DNA of 64,000 nucleotides from contig NC_083450.1 of NCBI RefSeq assembly GCF_020745735.1, positions 10,289,883-10,353,882 on the forward strand, in the 5' to 3' direction. Shown piece after piece: positions 47,201 to 61,500 of this stretch. The translations under genes and the position numbers were made by a program. This stretch comes from Hemiscyllium ocellatum. Taxonomy: Eukaryota. Position 1 is the stretch's first letter; each line of letters opens with the position of its first letter. The notes under the pieces were generated by a model, which was not told where the DNA came from, ran no database searches, and saw only the letters and a list, made by a program, of their open reading frames with translations.

Positions 47201-50200
47201 AGTTACATTGGTGGGGCTGTATTACAGGCCTGCCTACAGAGAGCGTGAGGTCGAAGAACAAGTAGGTAAATAGATTATGGGAAGATGCAGAGGCAACAGG
47301 ATGGTGGTGATGGGAAATTTTAATTTCCCCAACATTGATAGCGTACACTTAGTGTCAGAGGACTGGCTGGGGCAGAATTTGTAAGGAGCGTCCAGGAAAG
47401 TTTTAAAGAGCAGTATATCAATAGTCCGAGCAGGGAAGGCACTATTTTGTATCTGGTGTTGGGGAATGAGCCAGGCCAGGTGATAGAAGTTGCAGTGGGG
47501 GATTGCTTTGGGAAGAGTCACCACCATTCTGTAACTTTTCGAATACTCGTAAACAAAGATGAGAGTGGTCCTAAGGGACGAGTATTAACCTGAACCAAGG
47601 CCAATTATATCAAAATTAGGCAGGAGCTGGGAAATGTGGATTGGACACAGATATTTGAAGGAATGTCCACATTTGATATGTTGGAGGCTTTCAAATATAG
47701 GTTAAAGATGGTGCAGGATATGCATGTCTATTTGAAAACAAGGGATAGGAAAGGCAAGATTCGTGAACCATGGATGACAGAAGAAATCGTGCGATGAGCC
47801 AAGAGGAAAAGGGATGCGTACATAAGTCCAGACAGCTAAGAACAGAACTGACGTTGGAGGAATATTGGAAGAATAGGACCAATCTTAAATGAGGAATCAT
47901 GCGGGCTAAAATGGATCGTGAAATAAGTTTGGCGAGCTGAATTAGGGAGAATCCCAAAGGCTTTTATACTTAATAAGAAGCAAGACAGTAACCAGAGGAA
48001 GTGTTGGTCCACTAAAGGATAAGGATGGGAGGCTGTATGTCGAAACTGCGAAGACATGTGAGACTCTCAATAATATAATTTGCATCAGTGTTCACTGAGG
48101 AACGGAAGGTGATGAATTCTACGATTAGATATAGAAGTTTGTTTACTCTGGATCATGTTTACATCAGGAGGGAAGATGTGTTGGGTGGGCTAAAGGTCAC
48201 AAATCCCCAACACCGGATGGGATCTATCTCAGTTTGCTGAGGGAGGCGAGAGAGGAAATAGCTGGGGCACTGACAGATATCTTTATGGCATCCTTAAACA
48301 CAGATGAGGTGTCAGAGGACTGGAGGATTGCACATGTTGTCCTCTTGTACAAGAAGGGTAATAAGGATATTCCAGGTAACTACAGACCAGTGAGCCTGAC
48401 GTCAGTATTGGGAAAGTTCCTGGAGAATGTACTGTGGGATAAAATCTATTTATATTTGGAAGAGAACGGTCTTCTCAGTGATAGCCAACATGGTTTTGTG
48501 CCGGGTAGATTGTGCCTTACCAATTTAATAGAGTTCTTTGGGGAAGTGACCAAGATGATAGATGAAGGAAGGGCTGTAGATGTCATATACATGGACTTCA
48601 GTAAGGCGCTCAATAAGGTTCCCCGTGGTAAACTAATGGAGAAAGTGAAGTCATATGGTGTGCAGGGTGTTCTAGCTAGGTGGATAAAGAACTGGTTGAG
48701 TAAGAGGAGACAGAGCGTAGTAGTTGAAGGGAGTTTCTCGAAATAGAGAAAGGTGACCAGTGGTGTTCACAGGGATCAGTGCTGGTGTCACTGTTGCTTG
48801 CAATATTCATAAATGATCTGGAACAGGGTAGTATTGGTCTGATCAGGAAGTTTGCAAATGACACGAAGATTGGTGGAGTATCAGAAAGCATAGGGGATGA
48901 TGAAAGAATACAGGAGAATATAGATAGACTGGAGAGTTGGGCGGAGAAGGTGCAGATGGCGTTCAATCCAGCCAAATATGAGGTGATGCTTTTTGGGAAC
49001 TCTAATTCGAGAGCGAAATATACAGTAAATGGCAGAGCCTTGGGAATAGTTGTTGAGTAGGAAGATCTGGGCATTTACATCCATTGTTCCCTGAAGGTGC
49101 CTTCACAGGTGGATAGAGTGGCCAAGAAGTAATATGGTATGCTTGCCTTCATTGGACGGGGTATTGAGTATAAGAGCTGGCAGGTTAAAATCGTACAAGG
49201 CTTTGGTTCGGCTGCATTTAGAATACTGTGTACAGTTCTGGTTGCCACATTATGAAAAGGATGCAGAGGCTTTGGATAGGGTGCTGAGAAGGTTTACAAG
49301 GATGCTGCCTAGTGAGGAAGGTGCTAGCTATCAAGAGAGGTTGAGTAGTTTAAGATTGTTTTCATTAGTAAAAAGGAGATTGAGGGGGCAACCCGACGAA
49401 GGTCTACAAAGTCATGAAGGGTATAGACCGGGTAGATAAAGCTTTTTTTCCCAGGGTGAGGGATTCAATAACAAGAGGTCACACATTCAAGGTGGGAGGC
49501 GAAACGTTTAAGTACTTTACACAGAGGATGATAGGTGCCTGGAACGCGTTGCCAGCAGAGGTAGTAGAGGCAGGCACTGTAGATTCATTTAAGGTGCATC
49601 TGGACAGATGCTAGAGTAGGTCGTGAACAGCCGGATGCAAAGGCTTAGGAATTGGGTGATAGGTTTAGACAATGGATTTGGATCGGCTCAAGCTTGGAGG
49701 GCTGAAGGGCCTGTTCCTAGGCTGTAAATTTTATTTGTTCTTTGTGCAGAATGCAGAAGAGGTCCCACTTGGACTATTGTGTTCAGTTTTGGTCAGCTTA
49801 CTAAATGTGGGATGTTATTAATCTGGAAAGAGTGCAGAAGGAATTTACAAAAATGTTTTAACAAGCTGGTAGCATTTTCTTCAGAGTGTAGCAGACTGAG
49901 GGGAGATCTTATAGATGTATATACAATCATGAGAGGTATGAATAAGATGAATGTGCTTCGTCTTTTTCCCAGCTGTGGACAACCGAGGACAGGCGATGTT
50001 CAGTTTAATGTTGGAGGGAAAAAGATAAAAGAGAACCTGAGAGACAACTTTCATACACAGAGAGTGGTATGCATATGGAATGAGTTACCGGCAGAAGTGG
50101 TCGAGGAAGGTACCTTAACAGCACTTAAAAGGCGTTTGGACAAATACGTGGATAGGAACGATTTAGAAGGATATCTGCCAAGTGCATTGAAGTTGAGTTA

Positions 50201-50270
50201 GCGTGGATGGACATTTTGTTTGGCTGGACCATTTTGAGCCAAAGGGCCTATCTCCGTACCGTGGGATTCT
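44250..50270 (+). mobile_element. Composite CR1 array: ORF1 (zinc finger + SGNH esterase) at ~44290-45100, RT fragment ~45500-46680, second ORF2 ~46780-49740, 3' fragment ~49760-50270
   Basis: CSSRRIWE...DDYTCEKCTQLQLL, LVTGDTIV, CRLPGARVQDVSERL, LPVP (ORF1 esterase); IAYILMQG-type endonuclease start; NYRPVSLTSV, QHGFVPGRLCLTNLIEFF, YMDFSKA, FANDTKIG. Confidence 0.88.
45380..45450 (-). mobile_element. Truncated young copy of the same short element, inserted in a CR1
   Basis: tgtgttgctggaaaagcgcagcaggtcaggcaacatccaaggaacaggagaatcgacgtttcgggcataag; interrupts CR1 sequence. Confidence 0.6.
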
Positions 50271-50749
50271 GTGACTCTCACTGTGATTCTTATTGATTAT
50301 CCCGGACACGGTACTCAAAAGGAAGATGAGCCAAAAACAGAAGTTGGTACAGAAAAGTGACTGATGGGCATTGCTGAGTAGGTCTGCTGAATCAGCAGAA
50401 CTGAAGACGTGATTGTGGAGGTCACGGTTCTGAACAGAATAAAGAACATGCAATACAGGGTGACACTGAGAAATGACTGAGGATTCATGGAGAATTCGGT
50501 TCGAACACCACAACTATAGCTGGAATTACACAGCGCCCACTGTACAACAAGAGTAAGAATATCCAACAGAGGCCAGCATGAAAACAGCACAGAAATGGAT
50601 TCTCAGAAAAGTCAGCACAGTCACGCAACAGAAAGGGAATTGCAGAGTACACAGTTCGAGTTAATATTTTCTAAACCTAGTGATAGAAAAGGAAGTCTCA
50701 AAAGAAGACTAGTCATTCCAGTCTAAGGTTTGAATTGTAAATTTAAAAG

Positions 50750-53700
50750 ATGTCAGGAGTGGCCATACGAATGACATGTGCTATTTATCATATGTGGGGA
50801 GGCATGGACGCTACCAGTGCCCTCGATATTCACTTGCACACGGAGTGCTGTCAGCTACAGAAGCTGGAGCTATAGATCTCAGAACAGTGGGGACATTGCT
50901 GCATATCTGCGAGGCTGACAGTGATGTTTGTAAGGCATTTGGATAGGGGGTCAGGTTGCTGAACAACGAACGAGAGAAAAGAAGGAATTGGGTGACCACC
51001 AGATAGTCCAGACTAGACGGTGTAGAAACAACAACCAGGCAGTGGTACAGTCCGCTTGGGACCCACTCACAAATTGGTATTCCACTTGGGAAGCTGGTGA
51101 GGGTGCTCGTCCCTCGGAACAATGCAGTCAGAGCCAAGCTTCCAGCACCACACATGACTTGACTGTAGAGGATGGAAGGAAGAATAAAGGAAACAGAATA
51201 GTGATAGGGGACTCTTTATTTAGGGTAGCAGGCAGGATTTTCTGCAGCCGAAGAAGTGATTCAATGATGATGAGTTGCTTCCCTGCTGCTATGATTGCTG
51301 GGTATCCTGATAGGGGAGCGTAGGCAAAAGTGAGGACTGCAGATGCTGGATATCAGAGTCTAGATTAGAATGATGCTGGAAAAGCACAGCAGGTCATGCA
51401 GCATCCGAGGAGCAGGATGTGCTTTTCCAGCACGACTTTAATCGAGATTCTCAAAGGGAGGTCAATAATTTGGAGGTCGTGTTACATGTTATGACTAATG
51501 ATATAGGAACAGTCATGAATCCTGAATTTTATCCAGAATTCAGGAAGCTAAGTAATAGATTATAAAGCAGGATCTTGATGGTTGCAGTCTTAGGATTACT
51601 CCCAGTGCCACGAATTAACGAGTTTTGTAATGGGAAAATAAAACAGATGAGGCAGGGTTTTAGATTCTTAGTTCAGTCAGACGTTTACTTGGATCTCGGG
51701 ACATTTACAAACGGGACCTAGATCATATCATGAACAAAATCCTTGCAAGTAGATTTGCTCGTGTTTTTGGGAGGAATTTAAATTCATCTGACTTGCTTAA
51801 GGTGCACAGAATATCGAGTAAACAGAGACACATCATCCTAAAACAAAGAGATCATATCACCATGATTTCAGCTATGTTGAGTATCATGAGAGTGAAGCAA
51901 GGTTAGATGGTCATTGAAGCAGTATGAAAGGTAAGACTGATAAATTAATGGCGTGGACTGATATATGAAAGCATGAGTTGGTTGAGGGAAGGGCCGGACT
52001 GGAAACTCAACATTTCGAAATGCAGGAGCTTTTAGTGAGACAAAGGAGGGTGTAAAAACGATGGTCGTGTTACACTATTAATTAAGTAGTCATTTACTGT
52101 AATAAAATGTGTTGATGTCTTGGAAAAGTCCTCAACCGGGGCTTTTTGGTTAGAGCTAAGGGAGGAGCTACGTTTCTGCGCGTATATTATCGGCCTCCAC
52201 ACAGTCAGGGGGAAAGAGGGGAGCAAATATTTCGGCAGTACATAGACATGTGTAAGAAAAACAATCGAGTAATTTTACTATGGCATTTCAACTTTCCCAC
52301 AGACTTTTAGGGTTTTAGACGGGACAGGTTATTGAAATGCATCGGGGATACATCTTCTGTATCAATACACAAAAGGCCCAACAAGGGACGGCGCAGTGCT
52401 GAAACAGATCCTGAAGAAAAGAGCCAGTTGAGTGTTGGATGTGGGAATAAGATGCCATTTTAGCAATAGCAATCAAAGCAGGGCTGGTTTTAACTTTAAG
52501 GAAAAAGATGGCCTGCAAAAGCCAGTTTTGGGTTTGGGAATGTAGATTTCATTAAAGTGATGCAGGATGTGCTCGCACTAGCCCAGGAAGAGCTAATTGC
52601 AACAAAATACAAAGCGTGAAAAATGGAGAGAATTTAAAAGAAGGAACAAGGGAGAAGAACTTTCGAGGGTAATATAGGAACAATACGTTCATTAAACCCT
52701 GTATGTCTAAGACAATTCAGGACTGGAAAAGGAAGAATAAGCCTTTTTGGAAGTCCAAAAGGAGCAATTCAGCTGTGGCCATAGCAAAATGTAGGATGTG
52801 CAAGTGGAAAAGTAAGAAAGCGACAACAGAAGCGGAAAAGGGGCATGGAAAAGGACCTGTGAACATGACTGGGGGAAGCCTAACATATTTTATGAACACA
52901 TGAAAGGGAACAGTTAATTAAGAAAAGAGTAGGGGTCATCAACTCGGAATGGGTAACCTGTGAGTGACGTTGCAGCATATTGGAACGCTGTTGAATGAGT
53001 ACTTCTCTTTGGTCTTCACTCTGGCATAGGAGAATGTAGGCACAGAATTCAGGAAAAGAGACTGTGAGGAGCCTGTACAGTTTGACATTAGAAGGAGGCT
53101 ATTAGTGATTTAGGATTCTCACATTTATCTAGATAGAATGAAAAGTTTTGTCTTTGTGTGTAGTATAGGCAGATCATGCCATACAAAATACATAACGTTA
53201 ATAGAACAAAGCAAGAAATACAATATCATGGCTGGAGTGAAGGCGCACAAAGAGCAAGAACAATATTAAGTTTAAACCTTGACAGGTTCACTAAAAGGTC
53301 TAATAAGAGTGTGGAAGGAGCTGCTCTTGTATCTGTTGGTACGTGTATTTAATCGTCGGTATCCTCCATCTAATGGAAGATCGTGGAAGAGATTATAACC
53401 TCGGTGGTAGGGTCTGGGATTAATTTGGCTGCATTCCTGAGGCAGCGTGAAGTTTGGATGGAGTTGGCTTGTGTAACTGGCTTGTTGGCTTGGAACGCTG
53501 GCTTGTGTAATCGACTGGGCTGTGCTCTGTAGTTTCTTACCGTCCTGGTCAGAGCAGTTGCCACACCAAGCTGTGATGAGTTTGAATTGAAAGCTTTCTA
53601 TTGAAGTATCTGTCGGAGTTAAAATAGCCAAATCCCTAGATCCGAATGAATTGCATCCAGGCTGCTGTGGGAGGTGAGGTAAGTAACTTCAGAGGCTTTG

Positions 53701-54050
53701 AATTTTTCACCCCGATTTGGCCATGGAGAATGTGTCATATGACTGGAGGACCGTACATGTGATTTCACTTTTTATGAAGAGGGACAGAGATGAACGAGGA
53801 AACGTCAGACCGCTGAAAATACTGGAGAAAAATCTGATTGAGCGAATTAATATCACTTGGAAAGGAAAGGAATAGTCAGTGTGGCTTTGCCAGAGAGATG
53901 TCATGCCTACAATTTTGTTAGAATATTTTCTGAAAATATGATCAAATGTATGGATGAGGGAAGTTTAATTGATGTAGTTTATGTGGGATTTAGCAACAGT
54001 TTCACAAGGTTCCTTAATGGCAAGCTGAGACAGTTAAATCACATGAAATT
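50750..54050 (+). mobile_element. Old CR1 (ORF1 zinc finger/esterase ~50750-51800; ORF2 fragments ~52050-54050)
   Basis: RIVIGDSLFRVAGRIFC...SCFPAA (esterase); endonuclease and RT remnants interrupted by L2 and a short element at ~51325-51450. Confidence 0.7.
53230..53620 (-). mobile_element. L2 LINE 3' fragment nested in a CR1
   Basis: ORF 53272-53631: IESFQFKLITAWCGNCSDQDGKKLQ...RTNRYKSSSF. Confidence 0.7.
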
Positions 54051-54189
54051 GAGCGAAATTGAGATGGATTGGACAATATGTAATATACCACATTTACCTA
54101 CATTAACATTCATCTGCCAGGACTAGGTCCTTAGGTCTATCTAATCAAGTTGCTCTGAGGTAACCTTCTTTGCTATTCATTAAACCACG

Positions 54190-54540
54190 AATCTTGGTTG
54201 GATTCTTTGTTGGTCTGTGCGCCGAGCAGGTAGGTTTGTTGGCGGACGTTTTATCCCCTTTTTAGGTGACATCATCAGTCCTTTGTTGTCTCCTATGATG
54301 CGCTGCTGCACTGTTCTGCTTTGAATTTATGCGATTCTGTTTGGCCTGTTTCTGATTGGTGCCAGCTCTGGCTTTCCATTGCAATGGTTTGTATATCCAC
54401 TCTAATGTGTTCTTTTCTCTCAACCACTTAATCAAACATTGCCTGTGATAATTGTATGTCAATTCCTTATGTTTGTTCTTTGGTTTCTCCTCTGTTTCAC
54501 ACCCTGGCTTTTTGACTTTCTTATCACATAGTCGGGAAGA
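54190..54540 (-). mobile_element. Penelope-like element remnant (same family as 1975-2400)
   Basis: Shares ctgt..gccgagc and cgttt..tcccctt.taggtgacatc.tcagt with 1990-2080; hammerhead core is degenerate. Confidence 0.7.
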
Positions 54541-54560
54541 ATCCCGTGATATACTTCCTG

Positions 54561-54864
54561 GGCGGCACGGTGGCACAGTGGTTAGCACTGCTGCCTCACA
54601 GCGCCAGAGACCCGGGTTCATTTCCCGCCTCAGGTGACTGACTGTGTGGAGTTTGCACGTTCTCCTCGTGTCTGCGTGGGTTTCCGGGTGCTCCGGTTTC
54701 CTCCCACAGTCACAAAGATGTGCGGGTCAGGTGAATTGGCCATGCTAAATTGCCCGTAGTGTTAGGTAATGGGTAAATGTTTGGGTGGGTTGCGCTTCGG
54801 CGGGTCGGTGTGGACTTGTTCCGAAGGGCCTGTTTCCACACTGTAAGTAATCTAATCTAATCTA
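54561..54864 (+). mobile_element. HE1-type V-SINE, young copy
   Basis: Near-identical to 9223-9521 along its length, with an (aatct)n tail. Confidence 0.9.
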
Positions 54865-55599
54865 GTCATACATAAGTTGCCTGATGCTGTCCTAACTTTT
54901 CAACCTCTGCAGGCATCTCTCGAACCTGTGATCCCAGCACATCATTACTACAGACAAATTGTACTCCTGGTGACGAGAGATTCTGTTGTACACCTATTAC
55001 TTCCTCTACCCTTCCCACCAGACTTTTCAACCTCACGTATCCAATGACAGTCTTCCTTGTGCCATAAATTCCTCTTGTACCAATTTTATGCCAATTGTCC
55101 TTCTGAAATTCTGGTCTCCTCGACTCTCATCATCAAAAATTGACATTGTTATGTACCAGGCCAGAACCCCGCAACATATTTTCAAAAGTTAGCCGAGCTT
55201 AATAACTATTTCTTATTTTAAAGGCAGGTATGAAGCACATATTCCAGGTTGGATGCAGTTGGTAAAACCTCTTGGCTTTCAGCAAAACAAAGTTTGTTTG
55301 AACACTGCAATTGAAACACGAACAGAAAGGAATGGAATTTAGTGTAACATAACTGTTGGAAAACTTAACTGATCAGACACAGCAAGTTAACTAAGGAACT
55401 ACCCAATTCCCATAACATACACCTTGGCAAAACGTAAATTTAGGCACGGGCAACTTGTGGCAGAAAAGATTTCAGAGACATATCAGTTAATAATCTGAAG
55501 AAGCTTGAAATCTTTAACTGGACTGCAGCAGCTAATCTAGCAGTTTCTCACTGTTACAACTGAAGCTCACTAGAAGAAATCCGAACTGGGAGTACTGGC

Positions 55600-57479
55600 C
55601 ACTACTCTGCCATTGTAACTTAGACATTTCGATACCTCTGCTGAAAAATTATCAAGGACAAAATAACCTTGCTAAAGTGACAGCATGGTCAAAACATGAC
55701 AAGTATCTCCGAAAACTTTATTTTTGTTCACCTGTTCCTTCTGACATATTTTAGCAAACCTTACTCGTGCAAGTAAATTTATTAAGGAGATGTTGCAGTT
55801 TCCTCTCAACCAATCCCTTATTCGATAGTACATTCCGTTCCAACGTTTTAGCCTCTATTGTGATTTCCGTTATTACTTTAAGAGAATACTGACTTAAACT
55901 GTTTTCCTATATCCATCTTGCCAGTGCTTTTTTTGATTATGCCAACACTGCAACTAATTTATTGCAGTGAAAACACATACGCTTCGTTACTTCTGTTTCC
56001 CCCACCTACGTTTCCTTTTTAACTTGTGACAAATGTTTTTAATATTTTCAAGGAGGTCTTCTTTCCACTTACCAAATGAGGATTTCGCCTTTCCCGAATG
56101 TCTATCTCTCACAGACTGATGTTGATGACGGAAGCCAGATTTTGATTTATTATCCAACTCATAATCCTGGGCCATTTCCATTGCTAATCTTCCCGTTTTA
56201 TCTCTCTGCTCTTCCAAACGAGTTCTCACCACATTAGGAACGGAATTCTTGAAGTCCTCCAAAATATTCGTTTCTCTCGGGTGTCGTATGCTTGATTTAT
56301 TTTAGGTTCCATTTTGAGTCGACTTTCCTCTTTGTTTGCAAAAGTCTTACTTCCTCCTTCCTCTGTTTCTGCTTTTCTTCTGTCTCTGCTTTTCTTCTGC
56401 TACAGCCATCCTTTACTTTTATTTTTCTTCTCCTGGTGACATTTTTTCCCTCTGAAAAAAATTAATTCAAAGTATTTCATTTCTTTTTCATGTTCAAGCT
56501 TCTTTATCTGCAATTGCATTCGAACCATTTGTAAAGATTCAAATGGTAATTCCAGAAATCATATATGTCGAGCTATTGCTGCGATTGCTTGACGTTTTAC
56601 ATTGACAAAACTCGCCCCAATTCCAGATGGTCTATTAGTTTCCAAAGTTTTCTCTTGTTCACTTCCCATAAAACTTCGGATGCGGCATCTTCCACCTTTA
56701 GATGTCTGTTCGTGACTGGAAGACCCAATCCTACAGAAGACACATCCTTTTTAGACTAATTGAATTCAATTTCCAAATCGTAACTTACACGTACCACTCG
56801 CTGTCGTTGAATTCAATAATCCTCAGCCCAACCTGGACTTTTTTCTGGACAGGAGCCCCTGATTTGTTATGGGGAAGACAGTTATTGTGAGACGGTAACC
56901 TAGATCCCAACATTTTCTCATTTTTAAGGCAAATGTAAAATGCTGTGTTCTAGATGCAATGCGCTTTTTCAAACTTTTCCATGTTAAGCAAAACATTATT
57001 TATTTCGAAAGTTTTGTTAAAATACAGTCACTTAAAGTATTTTGTCTCTGATGCAATCTAGCAACCTTGGAAGTGAACACCTAACTTTTGGTTTTAATCA
57101 AAAGAGGGAAACATTTCACTCTGCAAACCCATAATAGTAACAGCTTAAGAATGAACCAAATAACCAAAAAAAATCTAAAAAAATCTTTAATTGTAAGAGC
57201 TGGCGACAGGCATTCAGTTTGCTTCAATTGATCCAACTTGAAAGGAAAACCCAAGGCCTGGCAAGATGTTTACTTCACTGGCTCTCCAAGTAGACAATTC
57301 TGCACCTTTATCTTAAAACCTCTCTTCAAAAAAACGGCAAATAACCTGTTAAAGCCACAGCATTGTCACACAACCTTGTCCCGAGGTTATCAGGATTTAC
57401 TGTCAGAGCTCTCTCTCATTGAAATAAATTGAATTTAATTGATCAGTCTTACTTCGTTCTCCGTCTTGGTCCTGTAACC
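55600..57479 (-). mobile_element. Second, 3'-truncated Gmr1-like LTR element (5' LTR ~57479-56865, PBS, gag, start of pol)
   Basis: The minus-strand LTR ends CCATAACA at 56865, followed by PBS-like aggggctcctgtccag. The gag remnant EDFKNSVPNVVRTRLEEQRDKTGRLAMEMAQDYEL parallels the gag at 12448-12762. No IN/RT or second LTR recognised. Confidence 0.75.
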
Positions 57480-58547
57480 CTTGACATTTGACTTGCTCCT
57501 GTGCTCAATTGCAGCAGCGTCAGACGGATCATGTTTCTCACTGTCTCTCTGAGTCCCAGCCCCCTTCCACCTTTCCAAATTTAAATCCTCCCTAGTGTCA
57601 CTGGCAAATCTTCCAACCAGTATTTTCGTCCCCCTTCAAGTCAGGCGTATTCCTTCTGCTTACGCAAGTCACTTTTACCCTAGAATCCTTCTCCTCTGCA
57701 CCAACACCTCAACCAAGCCATTGTCTGATCAAACTTCATATTCCCACTCTAATTAGCACGTGTCAACTGGAATAATCCAGTCTTATTAAATCCTGTTCGA
57801 TCCCCCTCTGAAACTGAAAGCTGAAACACTTCGAAAGTCTCAGCTCGCCCCATTACCTGTTTGAAGAAGTGTGACAGCTTGTATAACCTACCTCTCTCCC
57901 TTAAACCATTACAAAGGATTGGGTAAATATAATGAAATCCTTTCACTCACCCGAAATCAACAAGTAATAATGCATTCGTTCAACTCTAATATGGACATGC
58001 TTACTGAATTATTAACAAACCGAATATATTCCCTAATAAAACAAAATCCCAATGGTAGGCTGTTTCAATAAATACAAGTTCCACTTATCCAATTACAAAA
58101 AATAAACTTGGATCTCTCCAAAATTAGAGTTGGATACCTCTTCTTGAATGCTCCTTTCTCTCTTTGCTTATTTTCTTTCAGGAATGACTCTCTTCTACGA
58201 ATTCTTGCGTCAGCGACGACTGTGTTTGCCGAATTCTTGCGTTAGCAGTGTTTCTCTGTGAATTCTGCTGTATGGAATGTTAGCTAAAGTGCCGCGGCAT
58301 GCTTAATAATTCAACCATGCTTTCTCTGAGAGCTGAATGTTGTTATCTCTTAGCAGATGGCTGTTGGCTCTCATCGATTTTCAAAAGACCTCATCTTGTA
58401 CATCTAAGATGACATAATTTTTTTTTAAAAACTATTGTATGTATTCTAGGGAGTCAAATTCAGCAGATTTAAATTTAATAAGTTTTGGTAGCTAAGTGCT
58501 TGATTTAATATGTTTTGGCTGAACTTGCTAAGATTTTTTTGCCTGAG

Positions 58548-61500
58548 AACATAGAACAGAGAATATTACAGCACAGTGCAGACCTTTCGGCCCTCAATGT
58601 TGCGCCGACCTGTGAAAACAATCTGAAGTCCATTTAATCTACATTATTCCATTCTGGTCCATATGCCTATACACTGACCATTTAAATGTCCTTCAACTTG
58701 GCGAGTCTACTTCTGTTGCAGGCAGTGCGTTCAACGCCCCTACTACTCTCTCAGTTAAGAAATTACCTCTGACATCTCTCCTCTATGTATCACTCCACAA
58801 TTTTAAACTAAATGCTCTCGTACTAGCCATTGCCAATCAAGGAAAAATACTCTCATTGTCCAACCGATCTAACCCTCTGATTATCTTATAAGTCTCAGTT
58901 AAGTCGCCTCTCAACTTTGTTCTCTCGAATGAAAACAGCCTCAAGTTCCTCAGCCTTTCCTCGTAAGACCTTTCCTTCATACCTGGCAACATCATGGTAA
59001 ATCTCCACTGAACCATTTCCAAAGCGTCGACATACTTCCTAGAATGAGGTGACCAGAACTGTACACAATATTCGAAATGTGGCCGCACCAGAATTTTGTG
59101 CAGCTGCAGCATCATGTCATGGTTCCGAAATTCAACCCCTCTCTCAATAAAAACTAACACACTGTAGGCTTTCTTAACAACTTTATCAACCTTTGTGGCA
59201 ATTTTGAAGGATCGATGTACCTGGAAATTGTGATCTCTCTGTTCATCTGCACAACCAAGAATCTTGCCATTCGTCCAAAATTCTACATTCCTGTTACTCC
59301 TTCCAAAGTGAACCACCTCAAACATTTCTGTATTAAACTCCATTTGCCACCTCTCAGCCCAGCTCTGCAGCTTATCTATGTCTTTCTGAACCTACAACAT
59401 CCTTCGTGACTATTAGCAACTCTACGGACGTGCGTGTCATCCGCAAATTTACTGAGCCATCCTTCTAATCCCTCATCATCAAGGTCCTTTATATAAATCA
59501 TACACAGTAATGGACCCAAAACAGATCCCTGCTTTACCCCACCAGGAACTGAACTCCAGGATGAACATTTCCCATCAATCACCACACTCTGTCTTCTGGC
59601 ATCTAGCCAATCTCTGATCCAAACAGACTCTCAATCCCATGTCTCTGCATTTTGTGCAATAGCTTTCCGTGGGGAACTTTATCAAACGCCTTACTGAAAT
59701 CCATATACATCACATCAACTACTTTACCCTCATCCATCTATTTAGTCACTTGCTCAAAGAACTGAATAATATTTGTGGGACACGACCTTCACTTTACAAA
59801 AACGTGTTGACTATCTCTAATCAACTTTTTCATCTCTTGATGATTATAAATCCTATCTCATACAACACTTTCCAACATTTTACCCTCAGCCAAATTAAGG
59901 TTAACAGGTGTATAATTTATAGGTTTGTCTCTACTCCCATTGAACAATGAACCAATATTTGCTATTCCCCAGTATCCTGGCACAATTCCTGTCAACACTG
60001 ACGACACAAATATCAAAGTCAAATACTTGGCAATTTCCTCCCTGGCTTCAGAGAGAATTTAACGATAAACACCATCTGCACTAGGCGATTTACCTATTTT
60101 TACACGTTCCAGAATTGCTAACATTTCCTCCTTATGCATCTCAATCTATCGAGTCTAATAGCCTGTATTCTCCTCTCATCACATTCTCTTTTCCTCGTGT
60201 GAATTTTGACGAAAAGTACTCATTTAGTGCTTCCCCTATCTCCCCTGACTCTATACTCAACTTCCCACTTCCATCCTTGATTGTCCATAACCTTACTCTT
60301 GTCATTGTTTTATTCTTGATATACCTACAGAACGCCTTTGAGTTTTCCTTGATCCATTCCGACAATGAATTGTCCCGTCCCCTCTTGGCTCTTCTTAGCG
60401 CTCTTTAGGTCTTCCCTGGCTAACATAACTCTCAAGCGCCCTAACCAAACCTTTAAATGTCGTTCTAACATAAGCCTTCTTCGTCGTCTTGACAAGCGAT
60501 TCAACTTCCTGAGTAAACCACGGTTCCATTGCTCAACAACTTCCTTCCTTCCTGACAAGTACATACCAATCAATGACCCGCAAGCTCCACATTTCAATTA
60601 CGTCCATTCCCGTTTCCTTAACCTCTTCTTTCCTGTTTTTAATCTCTGCCCATACCACCTCAGTACAGGTGTCCTCACACGTCCATTCTGCAACCGGAAT
60701 TCTGTCCACGACTAACAGTGCCACACCAGCTCCTCTTTTACCATTTTCTCTGTTCTTACTGACACATCAAAATCCCAGAAACTCCAATAACCATTCATTT
60801 CCCTGCTCTACCCATGTAGAAATGGCCAAAGTATCTAAATCCCAGGTACCGAACCACGATGAAGCTCACCCACCTCTAGATTAGATTACTTACAGTGTGG
60901 AAACTGGCTCTTCTGCCTTACAAGTCCACACCGACCGGCCAAAACACAACCCACCCATACCCTTACACAACACTACGGTTAATTTAGCATGGCCAATTCA
61001 GCTGATTGTGGCAGGAAACCGGAGCACCCGGTGGAAACCCACGCAAATATGGGGGGAACGTGCAAACTTCCCCTGAGGTGGGAATTGAACCCAGGTCTCT
61101 AACGCTGTGAGGCAGCAACGCTAACCACTGTGCCACCGTGCCGCCCTTACTCCAGATGCCCCTGGCATAGTAGTATGCACACTCCAAATCAACTTCTTCC
61201 CTGCTGCTGTCTTGTTGCGATCTTGAAATCTTAATTTTGACTTCACTACTCTTATCTTTCCGTACACTCGAACTACAATTTCGGTTCCCATCCCCTTGCT
61301 AAATTAGTTTAAAAACAAATGAAGAGCATGAGTAAATTCCGCTCCCTCCCCCCAAGGACTTTGGTACCCCTCTGGTTCAGGTGAAGGCCATCCTATTTGT
61401 AGGGGTGTCGTCTACCCCGGAAAGAACCCTAATTATCCAGGAATACAGTTCTCTCCATTTCCTCGTTTTACTAACACGTGGCAAGGACAAAAAACACAAG

